DNA of 64,000 nt from Chiloscyllium plagiosum (Eukaryota). Shown piece after piece: positions 1-12,750 of this stretch. Location: positions 56,560,606 through 56,624,605 of the forward strand of contig NC_057719.1 in assembly GCF_004010195.1 (NCBI RefSeq), given 5' to 3'. Positions within the stretch are counted from its first letter, which is position 1, and every line of letters starts with the position of its first letter. The translations under genes were made by a program, and so were the position numbers. The notes below the pieces were generated by a model. It searched no databases. It saw nothing but the letters and a program-made list of their open reading frames with translations, and was not told the DNA's origin.

Positions 1-199
1 CACCCCATAAGAGGGGTGAGGGATGGGGGTGGGGGAGGGTGTTGGAGGCGGAGGAAGTCACTTTGTCACTGAGATTGGGGGGGAAGAGGGTTTGCCACTC
101 TGTCACTGAGAGAGGTGAGGGGGTAGGGAGTCACCCTGTCAGTGGGAGGCATGGGAAGGGAGAGTCACCCCATGACTGTGTGCAGGAGTTGGAGGTGAG

Positions 200-660
200 A
201 TGGTTGGGGTAATAACCCCATCAGAGTGGGGAGGAGAGTGAAAATAATCCCATCACAGTGAAGCAGGTGGGTAAATAACCACATTACAGCAACAAAGGCC
301 ATTACCGGTAAGCAACCCCCATCACTTGGGGTTGGAGTGGCTGTTAAATAACCGCATCAGCGGTGGGGGTGCTGCTGGTAAATTGCCTCATCACAGTGGA
401 TATGGGGATGGTAAATAGCCCCATCACTGGGTAGGGAGGATGGTAAATAACTGTTACTGGGGGGCGGCAATGGTAAATAACCGTCTCATGGTGAAAGGTG
501 GTATATAAACAATGCGATGGGGTGATTGGGGTAAATATCTCCTTCACTGGAATGGGTGTGGCCTACCATGGGTGGTATAAATGAACCCAACACTGAGGAG
601 AGGGGTAAGAAACCTCAGCACTAAATGATCCATCACAGAACAGGGGGATAAATAATCCTT
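200..660. repeat. Degenerate G-rich tandem-like repeat in PSMA6 intron 1
   Basis: Recurrent ggtaaataac(c)ccatcac..ggg motif at ~30-35 bp spacing. Confidence 0.55.
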
Positions 661-889
661 GTGCAGAGAGAGATGGAGTAGGTGACCCCAGCAATCCTGG
701 GTCATAACACAGATGCAGAGTGTTGACTCAGTCATGACACAGATGTAGACCCAGCTCAGAGATGACAGTGTGGTAGGAGATCCCTGAACAGATTGGAGGG
801 GGTGGGGTGAGAAAGGGTGAATCCCAGTGTAGAAATGTTAGGGGAAGAGATGTTAATCTCAGTGGAATGAGCCTGGGATTGTTTTTTTA

Positions 890-1210
890 ATAGAATCACC
901 ACAAAGTGGAAACAGGCCATTCAGCCCAACAAGTTCACACCAATCCTTCGAAGAGCATTTCAACCAGACCCATTCCCCTACCCTATCCCTGTAATCCTGT
1001 ACTTCCCATGGCTAACGCACCTAACATCCACCTCCTTGAACACTATGGGTAATTAAGCACAGCCAATCCAACTAACTAGCACATCTTTGGACTGTGGGAG
1101 TTACCCAGAGGAACCCACACAGACACAGGGAGAACATGCAAACTCTACACAGTCGCTAGAGGTTGGAATTGGTGGGACTCAGTGCTAACCACTAAGCCAC
1201 TGTGCTGCCA
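890..1210 (-). mobile_element. tRNA-derived HE1/V-SINE-like SINE
   Basis: Reverse complement has tggcagcacagtggcttagtggttagcact tRNA head and cccacagtccaaagatgtgc V-domain-like core. Confidence 0.8.
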
Positions 1211-1439
1211 GATGGGGATGTCCTAACTGTTGGATGGGATTGGGGGAGGGAGTGGTGGTCATGGGCAGCTTAGATGTTGCTGTTGATGTGTGAATGATAA
1301 TTTGTTAAAATAATCATGGTCTAATAAATATTAGCAGTGGTTTTGTGATGATTCAAATTTATGGAATGAGATCTGCCACTGCAAAATGAATTGGGCTTGT
1401 ATTTCAATGCCTTGGTGAATTTATGGGTTTATTTTGCAG

Positions 1440-1534
1440 AGTATGCTTTTAAGGCTATAAACCAAGGTGGCCTCACTTCAGTCGCTGTTCGTGGAAAGGA
1501 CTGTGCTGTAGTTGTTACACAAAAGAAAGTGCCG
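1440..1534 (+). CDS. PSMA6: Proteasome subunit alpha type-6, coding exon 2
   Basis: ttttgcag acceptor and gtgagt donor; translates (E)[31 protein letters not shown], near-identical to vertebrate PSMA6; 95 bp. Confidence 0.98.
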
Positions 1535-2899
1535 GTGAGTGCAAGCTGAAGTATTGTTTTTAAGTAGCAGCATTTGAAAAGTGTACTGGAAGGAATTGAG
1601 ATGGTGTTGGCAACCAAGAACCAGTTAAAATAAAGAACTGCTGCTAAATTATAATGTTCAAGTATTGCAGTAGCCACATGTTTCAAATCGAAGCTCAGAA
1701 ATTTGCATTCAGATGGCAAAATTGAGAAATGAAAGGATGACTGCTGTAAAAAGTGAATTTGAAATTGTCACAGACTCGAGTGAATGAATTGTGTGCTTTA
1801 GGAAAGGAAACCTCTGTTTCTATTCAGTTTGACTGTTCCAACACCTGTTCATGCCTAACTGCTCTTTGGAGTGGCCGAGCAAGCTACCCAGTTAGCCCAT
1901 CACCCACTGGCTAATGGCAACTGATGGGTAATAAATGCTGGCCTTGATAATGCTGCTTACATTCCAAGGATGAGTTTGTTTTTTTTTAAACCGACAATGT
2001 GTGTTCCTAACCAATAACTAATTTAAATGAATAATCAAACTCTCTTGATGGATCAGATGTTTGAACATACTATGTTGATTTACTCACAAGTTGTACACTA
2101 TAGATTTAGCTGCCCTCAGATGGAGCAGGAATTAATGTGGTCCAACTCACCTCAGTTAGTTAAGGCCTTGTAAGTTATCGAGGGTCAATAGTAAGTTGCC
2201 CATTTCTGATCTCTGCCCAAGATTCCATTTGGGAGAGACATGTATGTAGACATAAGTCACAAGAGGGATCTGACCTGACTGTAAATGTCTGAATGGTTCT
2301 AGCAGTCATTGTCCATTCTTTGCCAACCATCACTATTCAGGAAAGGAGCAAGAAATTTGCAAATGCCAGTGGGCTGTCAGTCTGCCAGACTATCATGCAA
2401 TACAATTAGAGCACACAAATATTCTAATTAAAATCTACCTGAAATAAAAGCTTCCTGTATATGTTAAACAGTAATACTTTTATATTATCACTTTGATTTC
2501 AACATTTGAATTAATATTATCGACCTAGTGGACAATGTAAACAATATATGGTGACAAATGTATGAACATATGTGTAAATAAAATTTGAGTAGAGAGAGAA
2601 CTGAGTTAATCTGTCTGAGTGGAAAATAATTATTATATCTCACTAATGATCTTTTCTTTATACATCACTGTCAAATGAAATTTAGTATGGAAAAGAGTTA
2701 AGTGAGACAGTTGGAGTGAGTAAACAAAGTCAAGGGAATCCAAAATAAATGGTAGTAGACTCGGTAATATAGAAGAGCAGAAGGACTTTGAGTCCATGTC
2801 TTTATTACCCTGAAAGTAGCAGCATAAATAGGTAAGATGTTTAAGAAGGCATTTGGCTTTAGTAGCTAACGCAGGAAGCATAAGAAATAGGGACAGCAG

Positions 2900-4030
2900 T
2901 TGACCAAATAACTTTCTTCCCAATGCCTCTTGATTTCCTGAGTGACCAAAAGTCTGTCTACCTCAATCTTTAATTATGTTCAATGATAGACCATCCACAA
3001 TCTTCTGAACTACAGACTTAAGAGATAAAAGAGATTCTTCCTCCCCTCAGTCCTAAATGATCCGAATGCACTCGCTTAATCTGGCTCTTTGGTCTCTTAT
3101 GGCCTGTTCACAGTTTGTCTCTCCACCTGGCTCTGGAAAGCCAGAGAACATAGATCCATTACTCTTGGTCTCATCTAAGTGATTAATATAGATTTCGAGT
3201 AGCTGGGGATAGTCTTTGATCTTTGCAAAACCTAATTAACCATGGCCTGCCAACAGAGAATGCACAGTTCATCCCTATTTCCTGCTCTCTATTCATTAAC
3301 CAGTCCTCCAGCCACACTAATATATTACCTAAAACTTAATGACTTCTTAACTTGTGCATTTTACTTCATGTGCACCTTACCAAATGACTTTTAAAAATTC
3401 AACCATAATACATTTACTGTACCCCATTTATCTCCTGTTCTAGTTGGGTGCTAAATATAAAACTGAAGTTTTTGAATACAATTTGAATGGAAGGACAGGG
3501 TGGCTATACTGGACCTGTATAATTCACTAGGCTACAGCTAGATGACTGCATACAGTTCTGATCATAAGATTGCAGGATGGACATGATTGCACTAGAGGGG
3601 ATAAAGAAAAGGTTTTGAGAAAGTTACCAGTGCTGCAGAACTTTAGCAGTGATGAAAAATTTGACTGTATGGAGCTTTTTTAAACCGATGAGGCTGAGGG
3701 GAGATTTAATTGAGGCACATAAAATTGAGGGGTCTCAATAGTTTTCTCCTATCCTTGCTTGCTTAGTCACTTGCTTAGCAGAGAAGTCAATAGCCAAGAA
3801 TTGTAGATTTATTGATACAAGTTTACAATAAGAGCTGAGATTTGTTTTTACTGATAAAAACTTGCTGCCTGAAAAGCTGATGGAGTCTTTGAAAACTAGT
3901 TGGATATGTACTAGAAATGCTGAAACTTGCAAATTAGTGACCATGAGATTGGCTAGCAGTTTATTGGCAAGCACAGACATAGTGGGCTAATGAGCCACCT
4001 CATGTCAAACACTAATAAAGTCTGTGATTC
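2900..4030. mobile_element. Two old degenerate CR1 3' fragments (minus ~2900-3440, plus ~3480-4030)
   Basis: Motifs such as aggctgaggggagatttaattgagg and tacagttctg shared with younger CR1 copies in the window. Confidence 0.55.
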
Positions 4031-4521
4031 AGTGGTTGTTGTTGTTTGTATTTTGTGTCTGATAGTTCAAATAAAGTTCTGAATTTGTAATTATTTTTTA
4101 ACCGTGATTAACATGTTTCATCTGTGTGTCAACTTGACTCAATGGCAGGAGTCTTTTCTTTGAGGTATTAGTGTATGAAAGCAGTAGTTCAGGGCAAGAA
4201 GTTGTCAATTTCTGAGATGTTAATCCATATGGTCAACAAGGTGCCTTCAGCTTTCTCGGCTCGAAACTCCGGAATTCTCTTTCTATTCCTCTTTCTTTCT
4301 TTCAACCTCACCTTTAAAACCTATCCCTGACTAAACGTTTGGTGATCTAATGTCTTTTGTATCCTTGCTTGGTTTCCATATTTGAGATAGCTTAGTTTGT
4401 AATGTTATACAGTGTTTACAGGAAATATTACTTTTTTAAACTTGGAGACATTGTTTACTTTTCTTCAGTTAATTGTCTGATAACAAACCTAATATTGTTT
4501 GTAATGTACAATTTGCGGTTA

Positions 4522-4650
4522 TAAAAGCAAAAATGAGCTGGCTATCTGCAAGAAAACAGAAAATGCTGGAGACCCTCAGCAGGCCAGGCAGCAACTGGAA
4601 TAGAAATAGAAATAGAATGAATGTGTTTCGGGATGATCTTTCATCAGATC
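4522..4650 (-). mobile_element. Degenerate Penelope pLTR-type cassette with decayed hammerhead motif
   Basis: Minus strand CTGATGA-AAGATCATCCC-GAAA followed by gctgcctggcctgctg...tccagcatttt tail, as in younger copies. Confidence 0.55.
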
Positions 4651-4936
4651 TTGATATGTGGAGTCTCTAAAAAGACTCCTTACCAGTTTTTTTTTAAAAT
4701 TGCTTGTGGTGATTAAATTGAGGCCAGCTGTAATTAGTTTATGTGGAGAGACAATTACACCCCACAGTGGCTAGTGTGCCTACCTCTTAACCATCAGGGC
4801 TGAGTTCAAGTCCCACCTGCTACAGAGGTGTGTAATACCTTCTCTGAATAGGCTGATTAGAAAATATAATTAGATGCCAATGAGGGGCCCTTGTGGTACA
4901 GTGGTAGTGTCCCTGAGCCAGGAGATGCTTAGCCAT

Positions 4937-5263
4937 GGTTAACACGGCTGCCTCACAGCACCAGGGACACTGATTCGATTCGATTCGATTCGATTCCAGC
5001 CTCGGATGACTGTCTGTCTGGAGTTTGCACATTCTCCCCATGTCTGAGTGGGTTTCCTCTGGGTGCTCTAATTTCCTTCCACAGTCCAAAGATATGCAGC
5101 TTAGGTGAATTGGCCATGCGAAATTGCCCATAGTGTTTAGATGCATTAGTTAGGAGAAATGTAAAATAATAAGGTAGGGGAATGGGTCTGAGTGGGTTAC
5201 TTATCGGAGAGTTGGTGTGGACCTGTTGGGCAAAATGGCCTGTTTCCACACTAGGCATTCTAT
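4937..5263 (+). mobile_element. HE1/V-SINE-like SINE containing (CGATT)n microsatellite
   Basis: gctgcctcacagcaccaggga...tggagtttgcacattctcccc...ccacagtccaaagat...cctgtttccacact. Confidence 0.85.
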
Positions 5264-5631
5264 ATAATGGAGAAGTAGTGATTAGAAATTATCTTGGATC
5301 ATAAAGTATTATACATAAACCCTAGATTCTTGAGATAATTGCCTTTCATACTGTTGGTCTTCAAAAGTGTTCTATAGTTTATTTAGACTATGAAGTGATC
5401 TGTTAAAGTTCACTTGGGATTAATCTGGGAATGAGAACCCACAGAGCAGAAGGTCTCCTGAGGTCCGTGATTATAGAGAGAGATATTGTAGCCTGCTTGG
5501 AGTTCTATAATGACATTCCTGTATTCACACTGTGTTTGCCCTAGCAACAGTGCCCCTGTTTGAACTAATATGCAGTCTGTAGTTCTTTGTGTACTATCCT
5601 TAATCCAGTCATTTAATTTGTTGTTTTTCAG

Positions 5632-5713
5632 GATAAGCTATTGGATGCCAACACAGTCACACACCTATTCAGAATAACTGAAAACATAGGATGTGTAATG
5701 ACAGGAATGACAG
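5632..5713 (+). CDS. PSMA6: PSMA6 exon 3
   Basis: tttttcag/gtaac; [27 protein letters not shown]; 82 bp, phases fit neighbouring exons. Confidence 0.98.
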
Positions 5714-6757
5714 GTAACAACCTGGAAAACTGATTCCAGTTAAGTTTTTTTCCCTTTTGAGTTATCCGGCTTTGATACAAAATAACTCCATGTTTAAAAG
5801 TAATGTGGCAAAGCAAGAATAATATTATTGACACTCATGCAAAAGTAAGCACAGCAAATTGCTAAAAGAACAGAAAATGCTGGAAATACTGATTAGGTCA
5901 AACAATCAGTGGAGAAAAAACAGTTAATGTCTCAGGCTAATAATGAGAAATATTTTGAGCATTTTCAAAAGCCATCTCGATTTTGACCAAGTCCTGTACC
6001 TGATAACTTAGCATTACCATGTTCAACAAGTACATTGAGTTATAATTGAAAATGAGAACATAGTTAAAGGAGAGCTACAAAATACCACAGGATGATACAT
6101 AGATTCCAAATACTCTTCCTTTCCAATCCATAGGATTTCAAATCCCACATTCAATGTGACCTTTACCTTTACTAATTGATTTGTATTTTTCCTGTTTGTT
6201 TCATCTTAGTATCCTCTTTTGTTATGGTACATGCCAGATTTCTAAAATACTTTTCAAAGTCTCAGCCCAAAAACAGATCCCATCCACGGTCAGCTTCCAT
6301 CGCAGACAGGGCAATGTATTGGGTCCCAAAACAACCCCAACTGGAATGGGGGCCATAAGTTATTACTGCCAGTTGTAACCACCAAGTTCAACCAACTGGA
6401 GTTGCAGTAGTGGCATGAACTTTTACATGTATGTTGTAGTCTGGAACTATGAGTAGTAATGATGGCGCCTACAACTTGCATTTCATCACATAGCTGAGCT
6501 GCTTTCTGTTGTAATGGAAAGATTCATGAGTTAATACCCAACCACTTTGGCTGCGTTATGAATGTACCTTGTGACCATCAGGTCCAGGAATGGGACTTGA
6601 ACCTGAAACTTCTGGATCAGAGGCAGGGATAATACCCACTGTGCAACAAGGTCCCTTTTTTCTAAAATTAACAGTGAAATTAAATCAATATCAAGGACAT
6701 TAGTTTGCACATTTCTTGTAAGTCCATCTTTAAATCTTTTTTCCTATTTCTTTACAG

Positions 6758-6913
6758 CGGACAGCAGATCCCAGGTACAGAGAGCTCGATATGAAGCTGC
6801 AAATTGGAAGTACAAATATGGCTATGATATCCCAGTGGACATGTTGTGCAAACGGATTGCAGATATTTCCCAAGTATATACACAGAATGCTGAAATGAGA
6901 CCTCTGGGATGCT
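6758..6913 (+). CDS. PSMA6: PSMA6 exon 4
   Basis: tttacag/gtaagc; (A)[51 protein letters not shown]; 156 bp. Confidence 0.98.
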
Positions 6914-7326
6914 GTAAGCAACTTCTTTATGCGTTACAGATAGAAGTTTGATTACTCTGGATCACGTTGACAAAAGTAAGGAAGATGTGTTGGATAGGCT
7001 AGAAGTTATTAAGGTGGACAAATCCCCAGGAGCAGATGTGATCTATCCCAGGATGCTGAGGGAGGCGAGAGAGGAAATAGCTGGGGCGCTGACAGATATC
7101 TTTCTGTGGCATCCTTAAACAGAGGTGAGGTGCCGGAGGACTGGAGGGTTGTTCATGTTGTTCCCCTGTACAAGAAGGGTAGTAGGGATATTCCGGGTTA
7201 CTAGAGTGAGCCTGATGTCAGTGGTGGGAAAGTTGCTGGAGAAGGTACTGAGGGATAAAATCTACTTATATTTGGAAAAGAATGGGCTTATCAGTGATAG
7301 GCAATATGGTTTTGTGAGGGGGAGAT

Positions 7327-7364
7327 GATTCCTGAAGAAGGGCCTGTGCCCGAAACGTCGAATC
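7327..7364 (+). ncRNA. Minimal type-I hammerhead ribozyme motif
   Basis: GATTC[stem I] CTGAAGA A GGGC-ctgt-GCCC[stem II] GAAA CGTC^ GAATC[stem I']; palindromic ACGT in place of stem III; predicted cut after C7359. Confidence 0.85.
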
Positions 7365-7459
7365 TCCTGTTCCCTGGATGCTGCCTGACCTGCTGTGCTG
7401 TTCCAGCAATAAAGTTTCAACTTTGATCTCCAGCATCTGCAGACCTCACTTTCTCCTCC
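7327..7459 (+). mobile_element. 133-bp hammerhead-bearing Penelope pLTR-derived cassette with 11-bp TSD
   Basis: TSD gagggggagat at 7316-7326 and 7460-7470; inserted in CR1 ORF2. Confidence 0.9.
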
Positions 7460-9337
7460 GAGGGGGAGATCATGCCTTACCAACTCAAGAGAGTTCTTTG
7501 AGGAAGTGGCCAGGTTGGTAGATGAAGGAAGAGCTGTAGATGTCATATACATGGACTTTAGTAAGATGTTTGATAAGGTTCCCCATGGTAAACCAATAGA
7601 GAAAGTGAAGTCACATGGTGTGTAGGGTGTTCCAGCTAGGTGGATAAAGAACTAGTTGAGCAACAGGAGACAGAGTAGTAGTTGAATGGAGTTTCTCGAA
7701 ATGGAGAAAGGTGACCAGTGGTGTTCCACAGGAATCAATGCTGGGTCCACTGTTGTTTGTGATATACATAAATGATCTGGAAGAGGGCACTGTTGATATG
7801 ATCAAGTTTGCAGATGATACAAAGATTGGTGGAGTAGCAGAAAGCATTCTGTCAAAGAATCCAGGAGAATATAGATGATAGGCTGAGAGTTGGGCGGAGA
7901 AGTGGCAGTGGAGTTCAATCCAGGTAAATGTGAGGTGATGCATTTAGGTAAGTTTAGTTCTAGAGCGAATTATACAGTAAATGTAAGAGCCTTGGGAAAA
8001 GTTGATGAGCAGAGAGATCTGGCAGTTCAGGTCCATTGTATCCTGAAGGTTGCTGCACAGGTGGATAGAGTGGTCAAGAAGGCATATAGTATGCTTGCCT
8101 TCATCGGATGGGGTATTGAGCATAAGAGCTGGCAGGTCATGTTAAAATTGTACACTACATTGGTTGGGCTGCATTTAGAATACTGTGTACAGTTCTGGTC
8201 TCCACATTACCTTGGGAGAGGGTACAGAGAAGGTTTACAAGGATGTTGCATGGTATGGAAGGCGCTAGCTATGAAGAAAGGTTGAGTAGGTTAGGTTTGT
8301 TTTCATTAGAAAAAAAGGAGATTGAGGGGGGACCTGTTTTGAGGTTTACAAAATCATGAAGGGTATAGACAGGATGGATTGAGATAAGCTTATTTCCCAG
8401 GGTGAAGGGTTCAATAACAAGAGGTCACACTTTAAGGTGAGAGGTGAAAAGTTTAAGGGGGATACACGCGGCAAGTACTTTACACAGAGGTTGGTGGGTG
8501 TCTAGAACGCATTGCCAGCAGACGTAGTAGAGGCAGGCGCGATAGATTCATTTAAGATGCATCTGGACAGATGCATGAGTAGGTGGGGAGCAGAGGGATA
8601 CAGATGCTTAGGAATTGAGCGACAAGTTTAGACAGTGGATTTGGACCGGCACAGGCTTGGAAGGCCGAAGGGCCTGTTCCTGGGCTGTAAATTTTCTTTG
8701 TTCTTTGTTCTCTTTGTATTATAAGATTAATGCAGTGTTATGCATGTACTTGCGTACTGTAATGTCCTAGTCAGTATTCTGTCTACGTTCCTCCATTGTG
8801 ACTTCCCAATTATTTTCTTAATTAGAAAAAGGTCAACTGATTAAACTTGGTAATCCATCATTTCTGCAAGGTGTGTTATCTAATTGTGATTTTAAAAAAA
8901 AGTAGTGACTTTCCCAATCAGTTAGCAGAATCAAGTAACGTAAGTCACAGAAAGCAAGAAATTCTCTGCGTTGCTTCTGTATTAAATTAAACAAAGAGGA
9001 AGTTACACTATGTAAGCCCTTTAACATCCCAATGTAACCAATTGAGTATTTCGAATTGTGTTTGGTCTTCTAGAGAAATGCAACAACCAATTTGCTCACA
9101 GTGTGGTCCCATGTACAGGCAATATGTACTGATCAGATATCTAGGGTTTAGTGGTGTTAGGGTAGGATAAATGTTGGACAGAACTCCCATCCTGAATTAT
9201 TTTTCAATGACCCATGATGCAATCCTTTATAAACTTGATTGTGGACAAGATGAAAATGTTTGTGATGCTCCACAATTAAATAGTCTGTGACCTGCATGAA
9301 TAATACCTACTTGTGCCAGCACTAGATACCTATTTAA

Positions 9338-10066
9338 AGAAGATGGTGTAGGAGTAGGCCTCCTGAGCTGGAGCTCCTCCGCTCCGACTGCTTTTCTTTT
9401 TCCCTATTGTGTTTTTTCTCTATACCTTTATTTACCTCTTGTCCTCTTCGGGTGGCGACAAGAACCCAGGGGAGGATCTTCAGTGAGCCTAGCGCAGATC
9501 TTCAGTGAACCCTTTCTTACTTTTCCGGAATGAGCACAGGACCTGGAATTGGCGGCTGCTAATTGGCAGAGGCAGTGTCGGCATGGTAGGCCCAATGATG
9601 AAAGGTGGAGCCTAAGGATCAGCAACTTAATCTTTGGTTGGGTCAGCAGCTGGCAGCAGCGAAGCAGTGGCAGAAACGCATCAAAGCAACATCAACAAGG
9701 TGGGCCCAGTGATGAGTGAAGCAATTCTGACATTGGTTGGTGTAGCACAGCTGGCGGGGAGGCTGTGGCGAAGCAGAATCGGCCCAGCAGCAAAAGTTGG
9801 AGTCTGAGGATTGGCAACATCGATTTTCATCGGGTTGAGTATAGACATCGAGAAAGCGCTAGAGGAGGAATGGCAGCGCAAACATCGTTGGTGATAATAA
9901 GCTGGCTCAGGACTGATGGACTCTTTTTAAACTATGTCGTTTTTCTCCTTATTCTTAAATTATTCAAAATGGCACTAAATTATGGTAACAAATGAAGGCT
10001 TTTCACTATATTTTATTGTATTCTTACTGTAAAATACACGTGGCAATAAATCATTAATTCATTCAA
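9338..10066 (+). mobile_element. Non-autonomous retroposon with AAGATGG head and Rex/RTE-like 3' tail
   Basis: Starts aagaagatggtg; ends gcttttcact...tacacgtggcaataaatcattaattcattc, resembling the Rex tail at 32695-32750; no real ORF. Confidence 0.55.
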
Positions 10067-10496
10067 AAATAAATCTTTTCAGAATTAGCATCTCATATGC
10101 ATAAATTATCTGCAATGTTTTTATTAATTTTAACTGAAGTAATGAATGATGCAAAACATCTGCATTTACATCTCTTCTTCCCCAAATTGAGCAAGTTCAT
10201 AGAGAAATATGGTTTGTTACTCTTTTATCTATTTTCCATTCTTTAATTTATAGTTAAAAAAGAAAGAAGGGTAGTGCATATGTACACCCTGAATGAGCTG
10301 AGCCACTTCAGGTTCTTAGGATTCAGTTCAGTATCAGAAATATTCCTGCTAAAATTTGGGAATGTTGACTTTGTGTCATTCATTATTTCTATTGGATGAC
10401 AAGGACATTAAATAACAATTCACAGCTCAGCGACAAAGATTGAATTGTTAAAAATCACACAACACCAGGTTATAGTCCAACAGGTTTATTTGGAAG

Positions 10497-10531
10497 CATT
10501 AGCTTTCAGAGCACTGCTCCTTCATCAGGTG
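10497..10531 (-). ncRNA. Hammerhead ribozyme motif in Penelope pLTR
   Basis: Minus strand CAC CTGATGA A GGAGC-agt-GCTCT GAAA GCTA^ ATG; palindromic AGCT stem III. Confidence 0.75.
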
Positions 10532-10667
10532 GTTGTGGAGTATAAGATTGTAAGACACAGAATTTATAGCAAGCGTTTACAATATGATATAGCTGAAATT
10601 ATATATTGAAAAGACCTGCATTATTTGTTAAGTCTCTCCCCTTTTAGAATGAACGCGTTGGTTTCAG

Positions 10668-10903
10668 TTAGATTAGATTAGATTAGATTACTTAGTGTGG
10701 AAACAGGCCCTTCGGCCCAACAAGTCCACACCGCCCCGCCGAAGCGCAACCCACCCATACCCCTACATTTACCCCTTACCTAACACTACGGGCAATTTAG
10801 TATGGCCAATTCACCTGACCTGCACATCTTTGGACTGTGGGAGGAAACCGGAGCACCCGGAGGAAACCCACGCAGACACTGGGAGAACGTGCAAACTCCA
10901 CGC
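10668..10903 (-). mobile_element. Young 5'-truncated HE1/V-SINE-like SINE nested in Penelope remnant
   Basis: (TTAGA)n tail; CpG-retaining V-domain-like core gaggaaaccggagcacccggaggaaacccacgcagacac. Confidence 0.88.
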
Positions 10904-11822
10904 AAAACTTTTTTAAAGTTACATTCTCAAGTGAACTTTAACAATTAGTGTCATATCAGCCTAGATCATGCATTGAAGGTGTGAGGTGACCTGTGTGAGA
11001 CTATGCCACAATGTTCAGACTGATTCTAATCTAAAAAATGAATTTACAGAATCTAACATAGATTCATGCAGTTCTTGAGCAAAATAAAATATAATTCTGC
11101 AAGTACAAATTCAGTGTGTTATGTGTGTGTGTGAGAGTGTAAAGGGGTAAAAGTCTGAGAGGGTGTGTGGGAGTGTATAAGAGCTTGTTTATAAGAGAGT
11201 GTGTGTGTAGTGCACTTGGGTCACCTGTAGTGTGACATGAACCCAAGGTTCTAGTTGAGGCCATCCCCATGGGTATCGAACTTGGCTATCAGCCTCTGCT
11301 CGGCCTCTTTGCATTGTTGCCTGTCCTGAAGTACACCCTGGAGACGGTCACCCGAAGGTGCGAGGTCAAATGTCCCAGACTGCTGAAGTGTTCTCCGACT
11401 GAGAGGGAACACTCCTGTCTGTTGATTGTTGTGCGGTGTGTCATTGCCATAGCCTCTGCTCATTCTCGCCAATGTACCATGCCTCAGGGCATCTTTGCCT
11501 GCGGTGTATGAGATAGACAATCTTGGCTGAGTCGCATGAGTAATTGAATTGTATTTTGGCAGCGGGAAAGTTGATGAGAGAAAGTTTTAATCATATGTTT
11601 TGGTTTACTTTTCGTAAATACTTGAATAGTTTATAATTTAAGGAACTTTGTAGGGTTGTGGATAAGACGTAAGGTGGAATTAATTATAATTAATCTCTCA
11701 AAGAACCAGCAAGTGTGTGATGAGCTGAATGCTCTTACTGTGATGAGTTTCTATGTTTCTGTTAAATACCAAGCATAAGTGCAGTGCATTAAACTTTCCA
11801 GTTTCATTGTTGTGTTTTACAG

Positions 11823-12001
11823 GTATGATTCTGGTGGGTGTTGATGAGGAACTTGGTGCTCAGGTTTACAAGTGTGACCCTGCTGGTTATTATTGTGGGT
11901 TCAAGGCCACTGCTGCAGGAGTCAAACAGACAGAAGCCACAAGCTTCTTGGAAAAGAAAGTTAAGAAAAAGCTTGACTGGGTATATGCACAAACTGTCGA
12001 G
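11823..12001 (+). CDS. PSMA6: PSMA6 exon 5
   Basis: ttttacag/gtatga; (C)[59 protein letters not shown]; 179 bp. Confidence 0.98.
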
Positions 12002-12168
12002 GTATGAAACTATTGAGTCTATCACTATTAATAAAGTTGAATTTTCTTAACTTTTTCTGTCCTTTTGTTTAACATGCTAAAAGTTCGTTTCTATTGCTTG
12101 TGATCAGAAAAGTGATTCTTAGAAACTAATTCTGCTATATTTTGAAATAATGTATTTGTTTTTTGTAG

Positions 12169-12264
<96 letters not shown>

Positions 12265-12449
12265 TAATTTTAAAATAATCTTGTTTTACACCTATTATTT
12301 ATTGTCTAAATTTCTGTTCAACTTTTTTAAATCCTTGGCTACATTATCTCCTATTATGTGTTCCTTGAGAGTTATTAATTGTTTGAAGAATTTGAAAATA
12401 CCTTTACAAAAATGTGGCCAAGCCATTTTATTGAAGTATATTTTGTAGT

Positions 12450-12750
12450 CAGCATTTATTGCTGATTTTTAATTACCTAGAGGGTGATTAAGAGACAACC
12501 ACATGGCTGTATGTCTGGAATCACACTTGGATTAATCCAGGCAAGGATAGCAGATTTCCTTCCTTAAAGGACATTAGTGAATCAGATTTGTTTTAACAAT
12601 AATTGTCATTTGACTTGCTTTTTATTCCGGATTTATTTTAATGGAATTAAGTTTCACCATCTTCCACAGTGGGAGGTTAACCCATGTCCTCAGAATATTA
12701 GCTGGGTTTCTTGATTACTAATCCAGTGATATTACTGCTATGCCACCACC
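12450..12750 (-). mobile_element. DeuSINE/SacSINE1-like SINE
   Basis: cagcatttattgc...aaccacat.gctgt..gtctggaatcacac...ttccttccttaaaggacattagtgaa, shared with copies at 37370, 43450 and 52400. Confidence 0.6.

Larger units (their letters stand above)
6960..8712 (+). mobile_element. 5'-truncated CR1 LINE (HER1-like), RT and 3' end, interrupted at 7327-7459
   Basis: [36 protein letters not shown] motifs; (TTCTTTG)n tail. Confidence 0.93.
10447..11542 (-). mobile_element. Penelope-like retroelement 3' remnant (GIY-YIG endonuclease + pLTR with hammerhead)
   Basis: Minus strand 11542-11221: YSCDSAKIVYLI...EAWYIGE...EAEQRLIAKFDTHGDGLN.NLGFMSHYR* (frameshifted); pLTR with hammerhead at 10500-10528 and AATAAA. 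Confidence 0.88.

Noticed and set aside
1..800. PSMA6 exon 1 or promoter
   Set aside because: No [25 protein letters not shown]-like coding found; G-rich but not a CpG island, so exon 1 lies upstream of the window.
5865..5940. Another hammerhead cassette
   Set aside because: Only a decayed tail-like segment; catalytic boxes not recognisable.
11753..12007. 84-aa ORF as a standalone gene
   Set aside because: It is PSMA6 exon 5 plus intronic read-through.
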